64,000 nt of DNA from Octopus vulgaris (GCA_951406725.2 OX597827.1:45136001-45200000); one strand, 5' to 3'. Counted from the first letter of the stretch, positions 14,740-27,161 are shown. Made by a program: numbers and translations. The notes: generated from the letters alone by a model not told the origin.

Positions 14740-16685
14740 GTTACCTGACTTGTCGTCCGATGTCACTTTGTCCACCACTTCGTCCACGTCTTTTCGCCCG
14801 ACGTCTTTTTGTCCAACGACTTTTTGTCCAATTTTAAATAAGCTCTTTAGAAAACAAGGTGAACATGAATTCATTGAGAATTTCATTGATAAAATTCAAA
14901 TAAAATACTGAGGGGAAAATATATTTAAAAAAAGTCATTTAAAAAAAAGTAATAAGATATAACTAATGATTTATTATGATCACTTAAATTATGTGTCACA
15001 CTCTTCAAAAAAATCAATTTTTCTTGTTGACCCATATCCAATGACCAATCTTTTGAGGCGTTCAGTAATTCTTCGATATCGTGTACATGAATTTGATGAA
15101 TCTCTTTGAAGAATTTGAGCCTTTTTACCTCTTCCTTCAAGAGTTTTGATGAGTTTCCAAATATTCAAATGTGCTCCATCCGCCGAACGCTTTATCGCAG
15201 AATGAAACCCCTCCGCAGCATTATTTATTCTGGGAAGGTCTTGAAGAATACGCTGATTAACATTCCATACAGCTATCGGGAATGTAGGGGGTTCTCTCCT
15301 TCGTCTCTCACAACGTCTATGTAACTCAAGTCGCAGTAAGCCATGAATTCAGTAGGTAGTTCTTCATCGCGTATTAATTCTTCATAGACCTCTTCGACTT
15401 CTTCAACGAGTAGGAAGGCTAATGCTGAAAAACATCGAATTTTAAGACAGAATTCAGAGTCTTTATTGTATTTTTCTTTGGGGCCTGAATCTGTGATTGG
15501 CTCAAATGAATCAAGCATGCCACGGTAGATGAAATAGGGAATGATGAATTAAATGCCTTATGAACTGCAACTTCGAAATCTGCCATGAGAGCAAGCGGAT
15601 ATGCATTGGGTTGCATAATTTTCAATTGCTCGAAAAATAATTAATATATCTGCTTTGTTTTATTCGCTAGTAATACAAAGAGCCGTGGAAAACTGCTACC
15701 TTTAATTTGTACATGAATGGTAAACAGTTGAAACCACTGTTCTGGGACAATTTTGAACGTTCCATCACATACCCAATGACGATATGAAGCTATATCCTGA
15801 AGAGAACTTTCTGATGCAAATGATAGCATGCGCTGTTGATCCTCGAAACCCGAATCGTATCTCAGAAACTGTTCGCCATTATCAAGTTTATAATATTCTT
15901 CAGGTATTTCAAAACCAGTTCTAGCCCCTGGATTAGCGGGAAATCTAGAATTTGTTTTGTCTGCACCTTTGAATAGACCTTGAAAGTACAGGTAAACGAG
16001 GAAGTTGAGAGCAATTATTTTATATTAGTTGCGTAAACTTAGCCGCTATTATGCTACGCGAACTTTCTGCTATGTTTTCCACCGCTTCATGCTTTATTTC
16101 TGCAACTGCTTTTCTAGCATTTAACGAATCTACGTCAGCTGGATGAAGGTGCTCACTAGAAAAATAATTTTCGGCTCCTTGTTTCCCGTTACCGTGTGAA
16201 TTCGCACTGAACACAGCCTTCTTCTCTCACATCTCCAGCATTCTTTTCCTAGTTTTGTATTGCTTAAATGAAAGTCGTAGAAGTGATTACTTTCATCAAC
16301 CACTTTTCTTTTGTTTTTGGCCTATGCTATGAACGTTGTCATTTCGGAATGGATAAATTAAAAATATGTAAACTAAATTTGCAGCACACTCTATACACAG
16401 CACCGTTCTTAAGAGAAAGAAGGAAAAAGAGAAAGTAAAACTGTTAACAGAGAAGGAAAAAGAACGATAATAACAATCCTATAACGTGGCTCGTTATAGT
16501 CCTGTGAATATAGCACCAGAGATATTTCACCTTGTATTCTAAAGAGCTTATTTAAAATTGGACAAAACGTCGTTGGAGAAAAAGAATCACCGGACAAAAA
16601 GACGTCGGACGAAAAGACGTAGACGAAGTGACGTTGGACGAAGTGACGTTGGACGAAGTGACGCCGAACGAAAAGTCATAGCTAT
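14740..16685 (-). mobile_element. Mutator-like (FLYWCH-MULE) DNA transposon, decayed
   Basis: Long TIRs with internal subrepeats (about 14746-14864 vs 16526-16678); WVCDGTFKIVPEQWFQLFTIH and LMADFEVAV..ACLIHLSQ MULE motifs in broken ORFs 16214-14925. Confidence 0.9.
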
Positions 16686-17354
16686 ATATATACATATACA
16701 CTCACACACACTCAATTCTCAACGTTTCGTCTATGATATACTTCCCCTACCTTTATCTATTTTGCTATTTGCCCCATTACTCTCATGAAAGATATGCATA
16801 AAATAATCTCTCTCTTTCCCAACCGCTCTTTTTTAGATAGCGTGTTAGCACTATCACAAACCTGTGTGCGCGGGCGGTTGAAAAATTTTCTATGTTCTAT
16901 GATCATTCAGGTTTTCTGGGTTATTGATTATTTGCTAAATGGCTTCTGGTCTTGATGCCAATATGTTCATAGAGTTTCGGTTCAAATAAATATTCGTGCA
17001 ATACATTAAACCTTCAATGTTTAGGATATTCCACGATTCGACATTGAATGATATTGCGGGCTGCGGCGGGGGATGAAGGCGATGTTTAAGTAAGTGTCAG
17101 TCGCTGTAAATGAATGGGATATAGCTTTCCCTTAGGATAGGATGATGTGTGACCTGCATAATCAGCTTTCCTAAATGGATTTGTACGAATAAGGCGTATG
17201 AGTGGCTGTGTGGTAAGAAGCTTTCTTTCCAACCACATGGTTCCAGGTTCAGTCCCACTGCGTGGCACCTTGGGCAAGTGTTTTCTACTATAGCCTCGGG
17301 CCGACCAAAGCCTTGTGAGTGGATCTGGGAGATGGAAACTGAAAGAAGCCTGTC

Positions 17355-17541
<187 letters not shown>

Positions 17542-17551
17542 CATATATATA

Positions 17552-18639
17552 TAATACAATAAAATAAAATACAATAAAAATGGTAAATAATTTTCCTGTG
17601 GTTTTTCATGTAACCAACAATTATTTACCGGTAAATTTCGGTATGTAAATACGACAAAATAATTGTCAAGACCTTTGTAAGGTTCAGTATATAGTAAAGA
17701 AAAATAAGTTGGCTAGCAGCAAGCTGTTTCGCCTCATACCGAAGGAATTAGAAATGGCAGTCAAAGACCAATTTTTTCCATTTCTATAAGTGGAGATTCC
17801 AAAAACGAAGGCCCTTGGGTCTCACATACACAAAACCGGAGTGGCAAATATACGAATTCAGTCACTTACCGTTAATAGCGAACACGGTGTTTCTGGATCA
17901 CAAACATATAAAAAAAGGGGAGTTTGAATTCCGTCATCAGCGCTATATTCGACAGCTTTATCAAATGCCACCAGCCCTCACTACTGACCCAGCGACATCA
18001 GATAGTGGGGGGAAGTGCGCAGATGTTAAAACCAAGTAACGACTGGGAACGTAAACTTTCCCTCCAAAATTCTGCCATGCGCGCCTTCTGGGTAATCGTA
18101 ATGGAATGAGGAATCCACATGGTAATACAATAAAAATGGTAAATAATTTTCCTGTGGTTTTTCATGTAACCAACAATTATTTACCGGTAAATTTCGGTAT
18201 GTAAATACGACAAAATAATTGTCAAGACCTTTGTAAGGTTCAGTATATAGTAAAGAAAAATAAGTTGGCTAGCAGCAAGCTGTTTCGCCTCATACCGAAG
18301 GAATTAGAAATGGCAGTCAAAGACCGTTTTTTCCATTTCTATAAGTGGAGATTCCAAAAACGAAGGCCCTTGGGGCTCACATACACAAAACCGGAGTGGC
18401 AAATATACGAATTCAGTCACTTACCGTTAATAGCGAACACGGTGTTTCTGGATCGCTATTAACGGTAAGTGACTGAATTCGTATATTTGCCACTCCGGTT
18501 TTGTGTATGTGAGCCCCAAGGGCCTTCGTTTTTGGAATCTCCACTTATAGAAATGGAAAAAACGGTCTTTGACTGCCATTTCTAATTCCTTCGGTATGAG
18601 GCGAAACAGCTTGCTGCTAGCCAACTTATTTTTCTTTAC
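17552..18639 (-). mobile_element. Penelope-like / retrozyme-like non-autonomous element: tandem pseudo-LTR plus inverted copy
   Basis: Direct repeats 17568-17899 and 18124-18454 (offset 555-556); perfect inverted arm 18453-18639; hammerhead; 55-aa minus ORF 18165-17998 ending AEFWRESLRSQSLLGFN resembling a GIY-YIG C-terminus; inserted in (TA)n. Confidence 0.7.
17875..17946 (-). ncRNA. Type I hammerhead ribozyme motif (intact core)
   Basis: Minus strand: AUAGCG-CUGAUGA-C-GGA..CAAAC-loop-GUUUG..UCC-A-GAAA-CAC-C-GUG-UU^CGCUAU; 6-bp helix I, paired helix II, minimal near-palindromic helix III, NUH = GUU; predicted cut between 17881 and 17880. Confidence 0.8.
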
Positions 18640-18644
18640 ATATA

Positions 18645-18680
<36 letters not shown>

Positions 18681-19814
18681 TGTATGTATGTATGTATGTA
18701 TGTATGTATTTGTGTGTTTGCGTTTGTTCGCCCCACTATTGCTTGACAACTGGTGTTGGTGTGTTTATGTCCCCATAACCTAGCGGTTCGGCAAAAGACA
18801 ACCGATAGACTAAGTACTAGGCTTACAAAGAATAAGTCCTGGGATCGATTTGTTCGACTAAAGGTGGTGCTCCAGCTTGGCCGCAGTTCAAATGGCCGAA
18901 ACAAGTAGAAGAATGAAATAATACAAATGAAATGAAAAGCAAAATGGATTCGAAGTTTCTTAATTGGGAGGTTCATCAAAATGAACCTCCCAATTTAATG
19001 GAATTCGGAATTTAAGAATTTAGGACTGATATCTTAATTGCCACTCGACTAAAGAAACTGGCACTCCGTCGGTTGCGACGACGAGGGTTCCAGTCGATCC
19101 GATCAACGGATCAATTTGTTCGTGAAATTAATGTGCAAGTGGCCGAGCACTCCACAGACACGTGTACCCTTAACGTATTTCTCGGCGAGATTCAGCGTGA
19201 AACAGAGGCCGGCCCTTTGAAATACAGGTACTACCCATTTTTGCCAGCTAAGTAGACTAGTGAAGTAGACTAGTGAAGTAGACAACTAAGTAGACTAGTG
19301 GACTAACGTGAAGTGAAGTGTCTTGCTCAAGGGCACGACTTGTCGCTGGGAATCGAACTCACAACCTTACGATTGTGAGCCGAATAGCCTAACCACTAAG
19401 TCACGTACCCTCACCGCCACTTAATTAGATTAGAATTAATTGCCGAATTCCGCACTTTCTGCCATTGTTGTCGTTCTGTGTAGCATAAACATGTGGTATA
19501 AGCATCACTATCTTTCAAAATCCTGCTGCATTCCACATGGAATTTTTGGTCATCCAAAGTCGTCTTGGAGTATAAGTCGACCCACCATTTTTTGGCTGTA
19601 AATTTTAGCTTGAAAAAGTCGACTTGTATGCCGGAAAATACGAGAGCTAATTGGTCTTTTATATTTGACAATTCCCAATTGTTCCCTTGACCATTCTTGA
19701 ACTTTTGACTTTAAATGGGGGAAGCTGTGATTATGCTTGCAAAGACGATAGATATTATTTATATTCATGTTTGGAATTATCTTTTGAAACCTCCGTCATT
19801 GTTCTGTGATTCAG

Positions 19815-20042
19815 ATTGTGTCATACGTACTCGATCAGGGAGCAATCCTTATTTCGTCCTCACTTTCCACCCTGCGACACCGGGCTTTCGTATAAAACTT
19901 GTTAGTCTATGGAAGCAGACATCCTACCACCCCTGCCGGCCTGGTTCCACTTTATTCTACAATGAAACGATGTGGTGGCTTGACAAAGGATGCGAGGGCA
20001 GGTTTCAAATTCTTGAATGCCCCTTACTTCCGATCGATTACG
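19815..20042 (+). CDS. Exon 3, lectin domain 2 (ADEL/DUF3011-like)
   Basis: Acceptor gattcag|, donor TACG|GTAAGT, 228 nt, phase 1-1: DCVIRTRSGSNPYFVLTFHPATPGFRIKLVSLWKQTSYHPCRPGSTLFYNETMWWLDKGCEGRFQILECPLLPIDY; four Cys aligned with exon 2; NET sequon. Confidence 0.9.
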
Positions 20043-20073
20043 GTAAGTTTTTGGCTCTTTATATACATATAAA

Positions 20074-20545
<472 letters not shown>

Positions 20546-21290
20546 TATATATATATTTGATCGAGGTGGCAGTCGATTTTCTGGAAGAATCTAGGAACCT
20601 ATGTTTCCATTGGTTTGGCAAATAGCTGATATTATTCTACAGTCGCAGCTCCTGGTAGAAGCGTTAATGTTTTTCAGTGTCAGAGACGAGATTTGAACAT
20701 AAATACTCTAAACAATTCCGCTTATCCACCGCCCTGATCTGATATTTGTTTTTTATCGTGCTCGAAAGGATAGAAAGACAAAGTTGATCTTAACGTAATT
20801 TGAATTCACACCGCAGAGAGTCAGAAAAAATATCGCGAGTCATTCTACTCAACACCGTTAAATTTATTTCAAGAGGAGTCAAAGTTTTCGTCGCACAGCT
20901 GCGACCTTTTCACTGACATAACTGCAACTACTTGAAACTCTGTTAACAGTCAATTCTGAATGAGGTGGTTTTTTTCTTTTCTTCCTTTTATTCTAGTTTG
21001 AGCTTAGAGACATGTGTGTTCGTTGTACTTACGTACACTAACTCTCTTCCCATCGTATCAATTGCTAATCGGTTAATCATTTTTAGTTTACACACACACA
21101 CACACACATATATATATATGTGTGTAAATAAGTATATAGTTAAGTGTAACCACATTTGTAAGTTCATATTAAAGCTTTTTATGTTTATTACTATTGCTTT
21201 CTCTTTAACATTTGTCCATTCAACAAAACATCACAAACACCTCTAGTACCTCAATACTTAATTTCTAAAAGTATGTTCCCCGTCTTTGTA

Positions 21291-21622
21291 GGCGCATGGC
21301 TCAGTGGTTAGAGCGTCGAGCTTACGATCGTGAGGTTGTGAGCTCGAATCCCGGACCGGGTTGCGTGTTGTGTTCTTGAGCAAGGCACTTTATTTCACGT
21401 TGCTCCAGTTCACTCAGCTGTAGAAATGAGTTGCGACGTCACTGGTGCCAAGCTGTATCGACCTTTGTCTTTCCCTTGGATAACACTGGTGGCGTGGAGA
21501 GGGGAGGCTGGTATGCATGGGCGACTGCTGGTCTTCCATAAACAACCTTGCCCGGACTTGTGTCTAGGAGGGTAACTTTCTAGGTGCAATCCCATGGTCA
21601 TTCATGACCGAAGGGGGTCTTT
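21291..21622 (+). mobile_element. tRNA-derived SINE family D with 19-bp TSD
   Basis: A/B boxes tggctcagtgg / gctcgaatcc; TSD tatgttccccgtctttgta at 21272-21290 and 21623-21641. Confidence 0.9.
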
Positions 21623-21670
21623 TATGTTCCCCGTCTTTGTACACATTAAAGTATATAGCAGAAATTTCTA

Positions 21671-22218
21671 TTGGGTTGTCCGGAAAGTTCGTGCCGATTT
21701 ATAGTAGCTTATCTTTCGACTTATTTTAGAACATGGTTGTGGCCATAAAATAGGATTTGACTACACCTCCATTTAGAGCATAGTTTAAGCTATCTTTTCG
21801 TGGAAGAAGGTTTATGTTCCTATAACCTGTGTTAATTCTGTAACCCTTTAAAATGGAAGATAAGAAAGTTCATTTTCGGCACTTGATGCTTTGGGAACCA
21901 AACAAAAATTGCTGCAGCTCGGCTGGAATGTGTTACTCCACCCTCCATATTCACCAGATATTGCTCCTTCGGATTTCCACTTACCAGGTCTCTACAGAAT
22001 AGTCTTAATGGTAAAAATTTCAATTCCTTGGATGATGTAAATTCTTTGCCACGAAACCACCTCATTTCTGGGAAGAGGGTATTTTCAAGTTAAAGGAAAG
22101 ATGGAGATGCATTGTGCAACAAAATGGCTCATATTTGGTTGATTAAAAATGTAATGGCAAGTATTTATTGACCTGTTTCTTTCCTTTAAAAATCGGCAAG
22201 AACTTTCCGGACAACCAA
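21671..22218 (+). mobile_element. Internally deleted mariner
   Basis: TIRs ttgggttgtccggaaagttc / gaactttccggacaaccaa, TA flanks; MEDKKVHFRHLMLW joined to LGWNVLLHPPYSPDIAPSDFHL. Confidence 0.9.
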
Positions 22219-23084
22219 TAAGTTCCAAGACTTAAACCACAAAAGAAAATTTTAATAGCACGATTTTGTGAGTTATTAAATGCGTCCTTGGTGATGTAGT
22301 GTGTGTATGTATGTATGTCATTGTTCAGTTTTATTTCAAGATTTCTTGCCAATAGGGAAAGAGTTGGTTTCTAACCTCGATCCAAGGCTTCTTCATTGAA
22401 ATGTCAACATCAACATCAACAGCAGGGTATTTTTGCTTGTGTGTATGAATGTATGTATGTATGTACAGATTTGTATGTTTTTTATGTATGTATTCTCATG
22501 CATATAGTTACATATCTAGATATTCTCATATATATTTAATTGATAAATGTCTGGAAAGTTGTACTTCTATGTATGTATGTATGTATGTATGTATGTATGT
22601 ATGTATGTATGTATGTATGTATGTATGTATGTATGTATGTATGTATGTATGTATGTATGTATGTATGTATGTATGTATGTATGTATGTATGTATGTATGT
22701 ATGTATGTATGTACGTACGTACGTACGTGTGTGTGTGTGTGTGTGTTTTGAATAGGATTTGATGCAAATTTTGACAACCGATGTTGACTTTTTTTAACAT
22801 TTCATGTGAATCATTCGATCAGATCCTATTCAAAACATATACTACTCTGAGCCATGAACTCCCTATAAAAATAAGGCAATCTTCAAACACTAGCCAGTAG
22901 CAAGACATCTGCGACATAAGCCACATCTTATACCTTTGGATAATGGAACATTAAATTAAACATCCAATATATATTCTTATTTTTATTCGTATATTTCCCT
23001 TTATACCTCCTGTATCTCTCCCTTTCCAAAATAACTTCTGATATTGAACTCTAGCAATTTTCTTCTATCTAACTCTCTCATATC

Positions 23085-23133
23085 GTCTCTGATAAGATGG
23101 GGTATTTTTATATCCACGAAACAGCTGTAGGAC
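23085..23133 (+). ncRNA. Degenerate hammerhead motif (core CUGAUAA) in a Penelope-like remnant (about 22846-23210)
   Basis: GUCU-CUGAUAA-GAUGG..UAUCCAC-GAAA-CAGCUG-UA^GGAC; palindromic helix III ACAGCUGU; upstream PVARHLRHK...TLN* GIY-YIG-like remnant. Confidence 0.55.
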
Positions 23134-23215
23134 TACCTTTCTCTTTATAAAATGTCCGAGAAATTTCACACTGCTTTGGCTTAGTTGTCTCATTTTTTAA
23201 AACATATGTATGAGT

Positions 23216-23268
<53 letters not shown>

Positions 23269-23544
23269 ATGTATGTATGTATGTATGTATGAATGTATGT
23301 ATGTATGTATATATACATTTTCTTTCTCTCTCAGTCTCTCCCTCTCTTTCTTTCTCCTTCTGTTACTAGTTTCAGCTTGAGGCAGTATTTATTTTTGGTT
23401 TTCTTTATCGTTGCCTTTTTCCAACACTCGACATAAACCCCACTGCCCACCTACTGTTTCTGAGCTTCGTATTCATAATATCATCCGTCTGTCGCTCATT
23501 TGGCAAATATATAAATAATCGTCATTATTGTATTTTTCCAACAG

Positions 23545-23867
23545 CCTTGACACCAACTGAAGCGCCCGGAGGGAGTCTGGAAGTAAACGAAAATCACAAG
23601 AGCAACAGGAAGCATTTTAAATTCGACGCCGACACTATATCCCCGGGCTATTACCCGAGCGAAAGAAGGAAAACCGCACAAGAGAGGAGAGGCAACGATC
23701 GAAAACAACAAACACACGAAGTAGAAGCTTCCGGTAACGTTCATCCACTTACAATGGAGAAGAGTGACACAACCACTGCCAGCCGTCATGAAGGCAACAG
23801 CTCTCCAGCACTATTGATCACGACGTTGTTGTTAGTTGTCGCCCTTGGAATACATATGCTTCTGTAA
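23545..23867 (+). CDS. Exon 4: hydrophilic linker and C-terminal GPI-anchor-like signal
   Basis: Acceptor tatttttccaacag|, phase 1; ends ...RHEGNSSPALLITTLLLVVALGIHMLL-TAA (23865-23867) with no cytoplasmic tail; AATAAA at about 23926 and 23934; four exons sum to 924 nt = 307 aa + stop. Confidence 0.85.
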
Positions 23868-24019
23868 CTGTATATATATATATATATATATCTTTAAAAA
23901 AAATACAAATATAGTAAAAATATCAAATAAAACAATAAAAAAGCAACAATAACTAAACAGAAACGAAATAAAACGAGGAAAAAATATCTAATATCTAATC
24001 ATTTATTTATTCATCTTTT

Positions 24020-24329
24020 ATCTTTGACTTGTTTCAGCCATTGGACTGCGGCCATGCTGGGTCACCGCCTTGAAGAAATCAATCTCAGTTCTTTCTCTTT
24101 TATTAAAGGCCTGGTACTTATTCTATCGGTCTCCTTTTTGACGAAGCGCTAATCATGGAGACGTAAACAATCCAACATCGGTTGTTAAGCGGTGGTGGTA
24201 GGACGAACACACACAAAAACACATATACATACATACATACATACACGAACACCTACCTACCTACCTACCTACCTACCTACCTACCTACCTACCTACCTAC
24301 ATACCTACCTACCTACATACCTACCTACC

Positions 24330-24371
<42 letters not shown>

Positions 24372-24540
24372 CATATGACGGGTTTCTTTCAGTTTCCGTC
24401 TTCTAGATCCACTCACAGGGCTTTGGTCGACCAGAGGCTGAAGTAGAAGACACTTGCCCCGGGTACCACGCCGTGGAAGTGAACCCAGAACCATATGGTT
24501 GGGAAGCAAGCTTCTTAATCACACAGCCATGCCTGTGCCT
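24020..24540 (-). mobile_element. SINE family A (diverged)
   Basis: Reverse-complement match to family. Confidence 0.8.
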
Positions 24541-24680
24541 GATTCTACGCCTGCGCATGTTTCCACGCCTGCGCCTGTTTCCACGCCTACTTCTACTGCA
24601 ACGCCTTCGCTTGTTGCCACGGCTGCATTTGTAGCCATGCCCGCGTCTGTAGCCACGCCCGCGTCTGTAGCCGCGCCTAC
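24525..24680. repeat. 18-bp minisatellite (gccacgcctgcgcctgta-like)
   Basis: About 8 diverging copies abutting a SINE A 5' end. Confidence 0.75.
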
Positions 24681-25278
24681 TGTGTATTTTGTTGTAGAAT
24701 TAACCGTGAAAGGATGTGCGTGGTCATTTCTCCTTGTGTACCTTAGAAGAGGCTAGTGTCTGATTTCAAATCATTTCCCTCTTTATGTTCATTTCAAATG
24801 GTGTCGTGTGACGAAGAGGAGCACACTGTAAGAGGAAATGAAAGGAACGAGAAAGCCAGAATCGAAAGCTCTCCGCCTTTCGTTAAAAGAATGAAAAAGA
24901 AAAAAATAATAGTCCATTTGCAAAAGAAACACAACAGCCATCGTCACTCCTTTGCCAACAGCAGCAGTAGCAGCAGCAGCAGCTGCTTGGAAGCAAACAA
25001 AGCTTCCAAGACTATAGTCACAACTAACCACCATGAATTATCTCCCTTAGCTCAATAACGTTTAGATCGTACGCGTGCGTACCCCCTACACACAATAAGC
25101 TTTTTCCTTTAATGACCCGTCAATCTTGGAGAATACTTGGAGAATCCTGACACCCTTGAGATTGTCTTCCCTTTTCGTATGGAGTTTTTCCCAGTTACCA
25201 TTTGGTTATTTGGCGAAGATAATTTTGATAAACCAACAACTGTTAACCTGGCGAGTGTTAACATACGTCAGTAATAAA

Positions 25279-25880
25279 GGCGGCGAGCTGGCACAAACGT
25301 TAGCACGCCGGGCGAAATGCTTAGCGGTATTTCGTCTGTCGTTACGTTGTGAGTTCAAATTCCGCCGAGGTCGACTTTGCCTTTCATCCTTTCGGGGTCG
25401 ATTAAATAAGTACCAGTTACGCACTGGGGTCGATATAATCGACTTAATCCGTTTGTCTGTCCTTGTTTGTCCTCTCTGTGTTTAGCCCCTTGTGGGTAGT
25501 AAAGAAATAGGTATTTCGTCTGCTGTTACGTTCGGAGTTCAAATTCCGCCGAGGTCGACTTTGCCTTTCATCCTTTCTGGGTCGATTAAATAAGTACCAG
25601 TTACGCACTGGGGTCGATATAATCGACTTAATCCGTTTGTCTGTCCTTGTTTGTCCCCTCTGTGTTTAGCCCCTTGTGGGTAGTAAAGAAATAGGTATTT
25701 CGTCTGCTGTTACGTTCTGAGTTCAAATTCCGCCGAGGTCGACTTTGCCTTTTATCCTTTCGAGGTCGATTAAATAAGTACCAGTTACGCACTGGGGTCG
25801 ATATAATCGATTTAATCCGTTTGTCTGTCCTTGTTTGTCCCCTTGTGGGCAATAAAGAAATAAGAAACGTTAGCACGCTG
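25279..25880 (+). mobile_element. SINE family B trimer (184-bp internal unit x3)
   Basis: ggtatttcgtctg at 25326, 25510, 25694. Confidence 0.85.
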
Positions 25881-25884
25881 GAAC

Positions 25885-26725
25885 AACTTGAAAGAAGCCT
25901 GTCGTATATGTGTGTGTGTGTCTTTCTGCCTGTGTTTCTCCACCCCCACCATCGCTTGACAACCGATGTTGGTGTGTTTACGTCTCCGTAACTTAGCGGT
26001 TCGGCAAAAGAGACCAATAGAATAAGTACTAGGCTTACAGAAAATAAGTCCTGGGGTCAATTTGTTCGACTAAAGGCGGTGTTCCAGCATGGCCGCAATC
26101 AAAAAACCGAAACGTGAAAAAGGGTAAATGTATACATATGTGCCCGCAACCAGTGTTTTAGGCAATTGCAGCCCCTATCACCATATACGCGTACATTTAT
26201 GTGCTTTTAGCTCTTATTTCTAGCGATGGAAGTGCCTTGACATCTTTAATCACCTTCAGTAACGTTTATATTTTTTCTTTATGCTATCGTTTTTGGCTAA
26301 AAGAGTGGCTGTATGGTAAGAGGCTTGTTTCCCAACCACATGGTTCCAGGTTCAGTCCCACTACGCAGCACCTTGGGCAAGTGTCTTCTACTATAGCCTT
26401 GGGCCGACCAAAGCCTTGAATGGATTTGGTAGACGGAAACTGAAAGAAACCCGTCGTGTGTGTGTATGTGTGTGTGTGTGCGTGTGTGTGTTTGTGTATC
26501 TGTGATTGTACACCCCCACAATCGTTTGACAACCGATGTCGGTGTGTTTACGTCCCTGTAAACTAGCGGTTCGGCAAAAGAAGCCTATAGAATAAGTACT
26601 AGGCTTACAAAGAATAAGTCCTAGGGTCGATTTTTTCGACTGAAGGCAGTGTTCCAGCATGGCCGCAGTCAAATGACTAAAACAAGTAAAAGTAAGAGTA
26701 AAAGAATTCACACAAGTATGTATGC

Positions 26726-26762
<37 letters not shown>

Positions 26763-27146
26763 CATACATACTTGTGTGTGTGTATATGGTTCCGGGTTCA
26801 GTCCCGCTGTTTAGCACCTTGGGCAAGTGTCTTCCGCTATAACCTCGGCCGACCAAAGCCTTGTGAGTGGATGGAAACTGAAAGAAGCCCGTCGTATATA
26901 TGTATATATATGTGTGTGTATATGTTTGTGTGTGTATATGTTTGTGTGTCTGTGTTTGTCCCCCAACATCGCTTGACAACCGATGCTGGTGTGTTTACGT
27001 CCCCGTAACTTAGCGGTTCGGCAAAGGACGACCGATAGAATATGTAGACTAGGCTTACAAAAAATAAGCCCTTTGGTCGATTTGCTCGACTAAAAGGCGG
27101 TGCTCCAGCATGGTCACAGTCAAATGACTGAAACAAGTAAAAGAGT
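25885..27146 (+). mobile_element. Cluster of three SINE family A copies
   Basis: Copies at about 25885-26110, 26302-26700 and 26786-27146. Confidence 0.8.
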
Positions 27147-27161
27147 AAAATAATTAAAGAT

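Noticed and set aside
18265-18624. Twin ORFs [15 protein letters not shown] on opposite strands
   Set aside because: Consequence of the palindrome; TTG start, no recognisable domain
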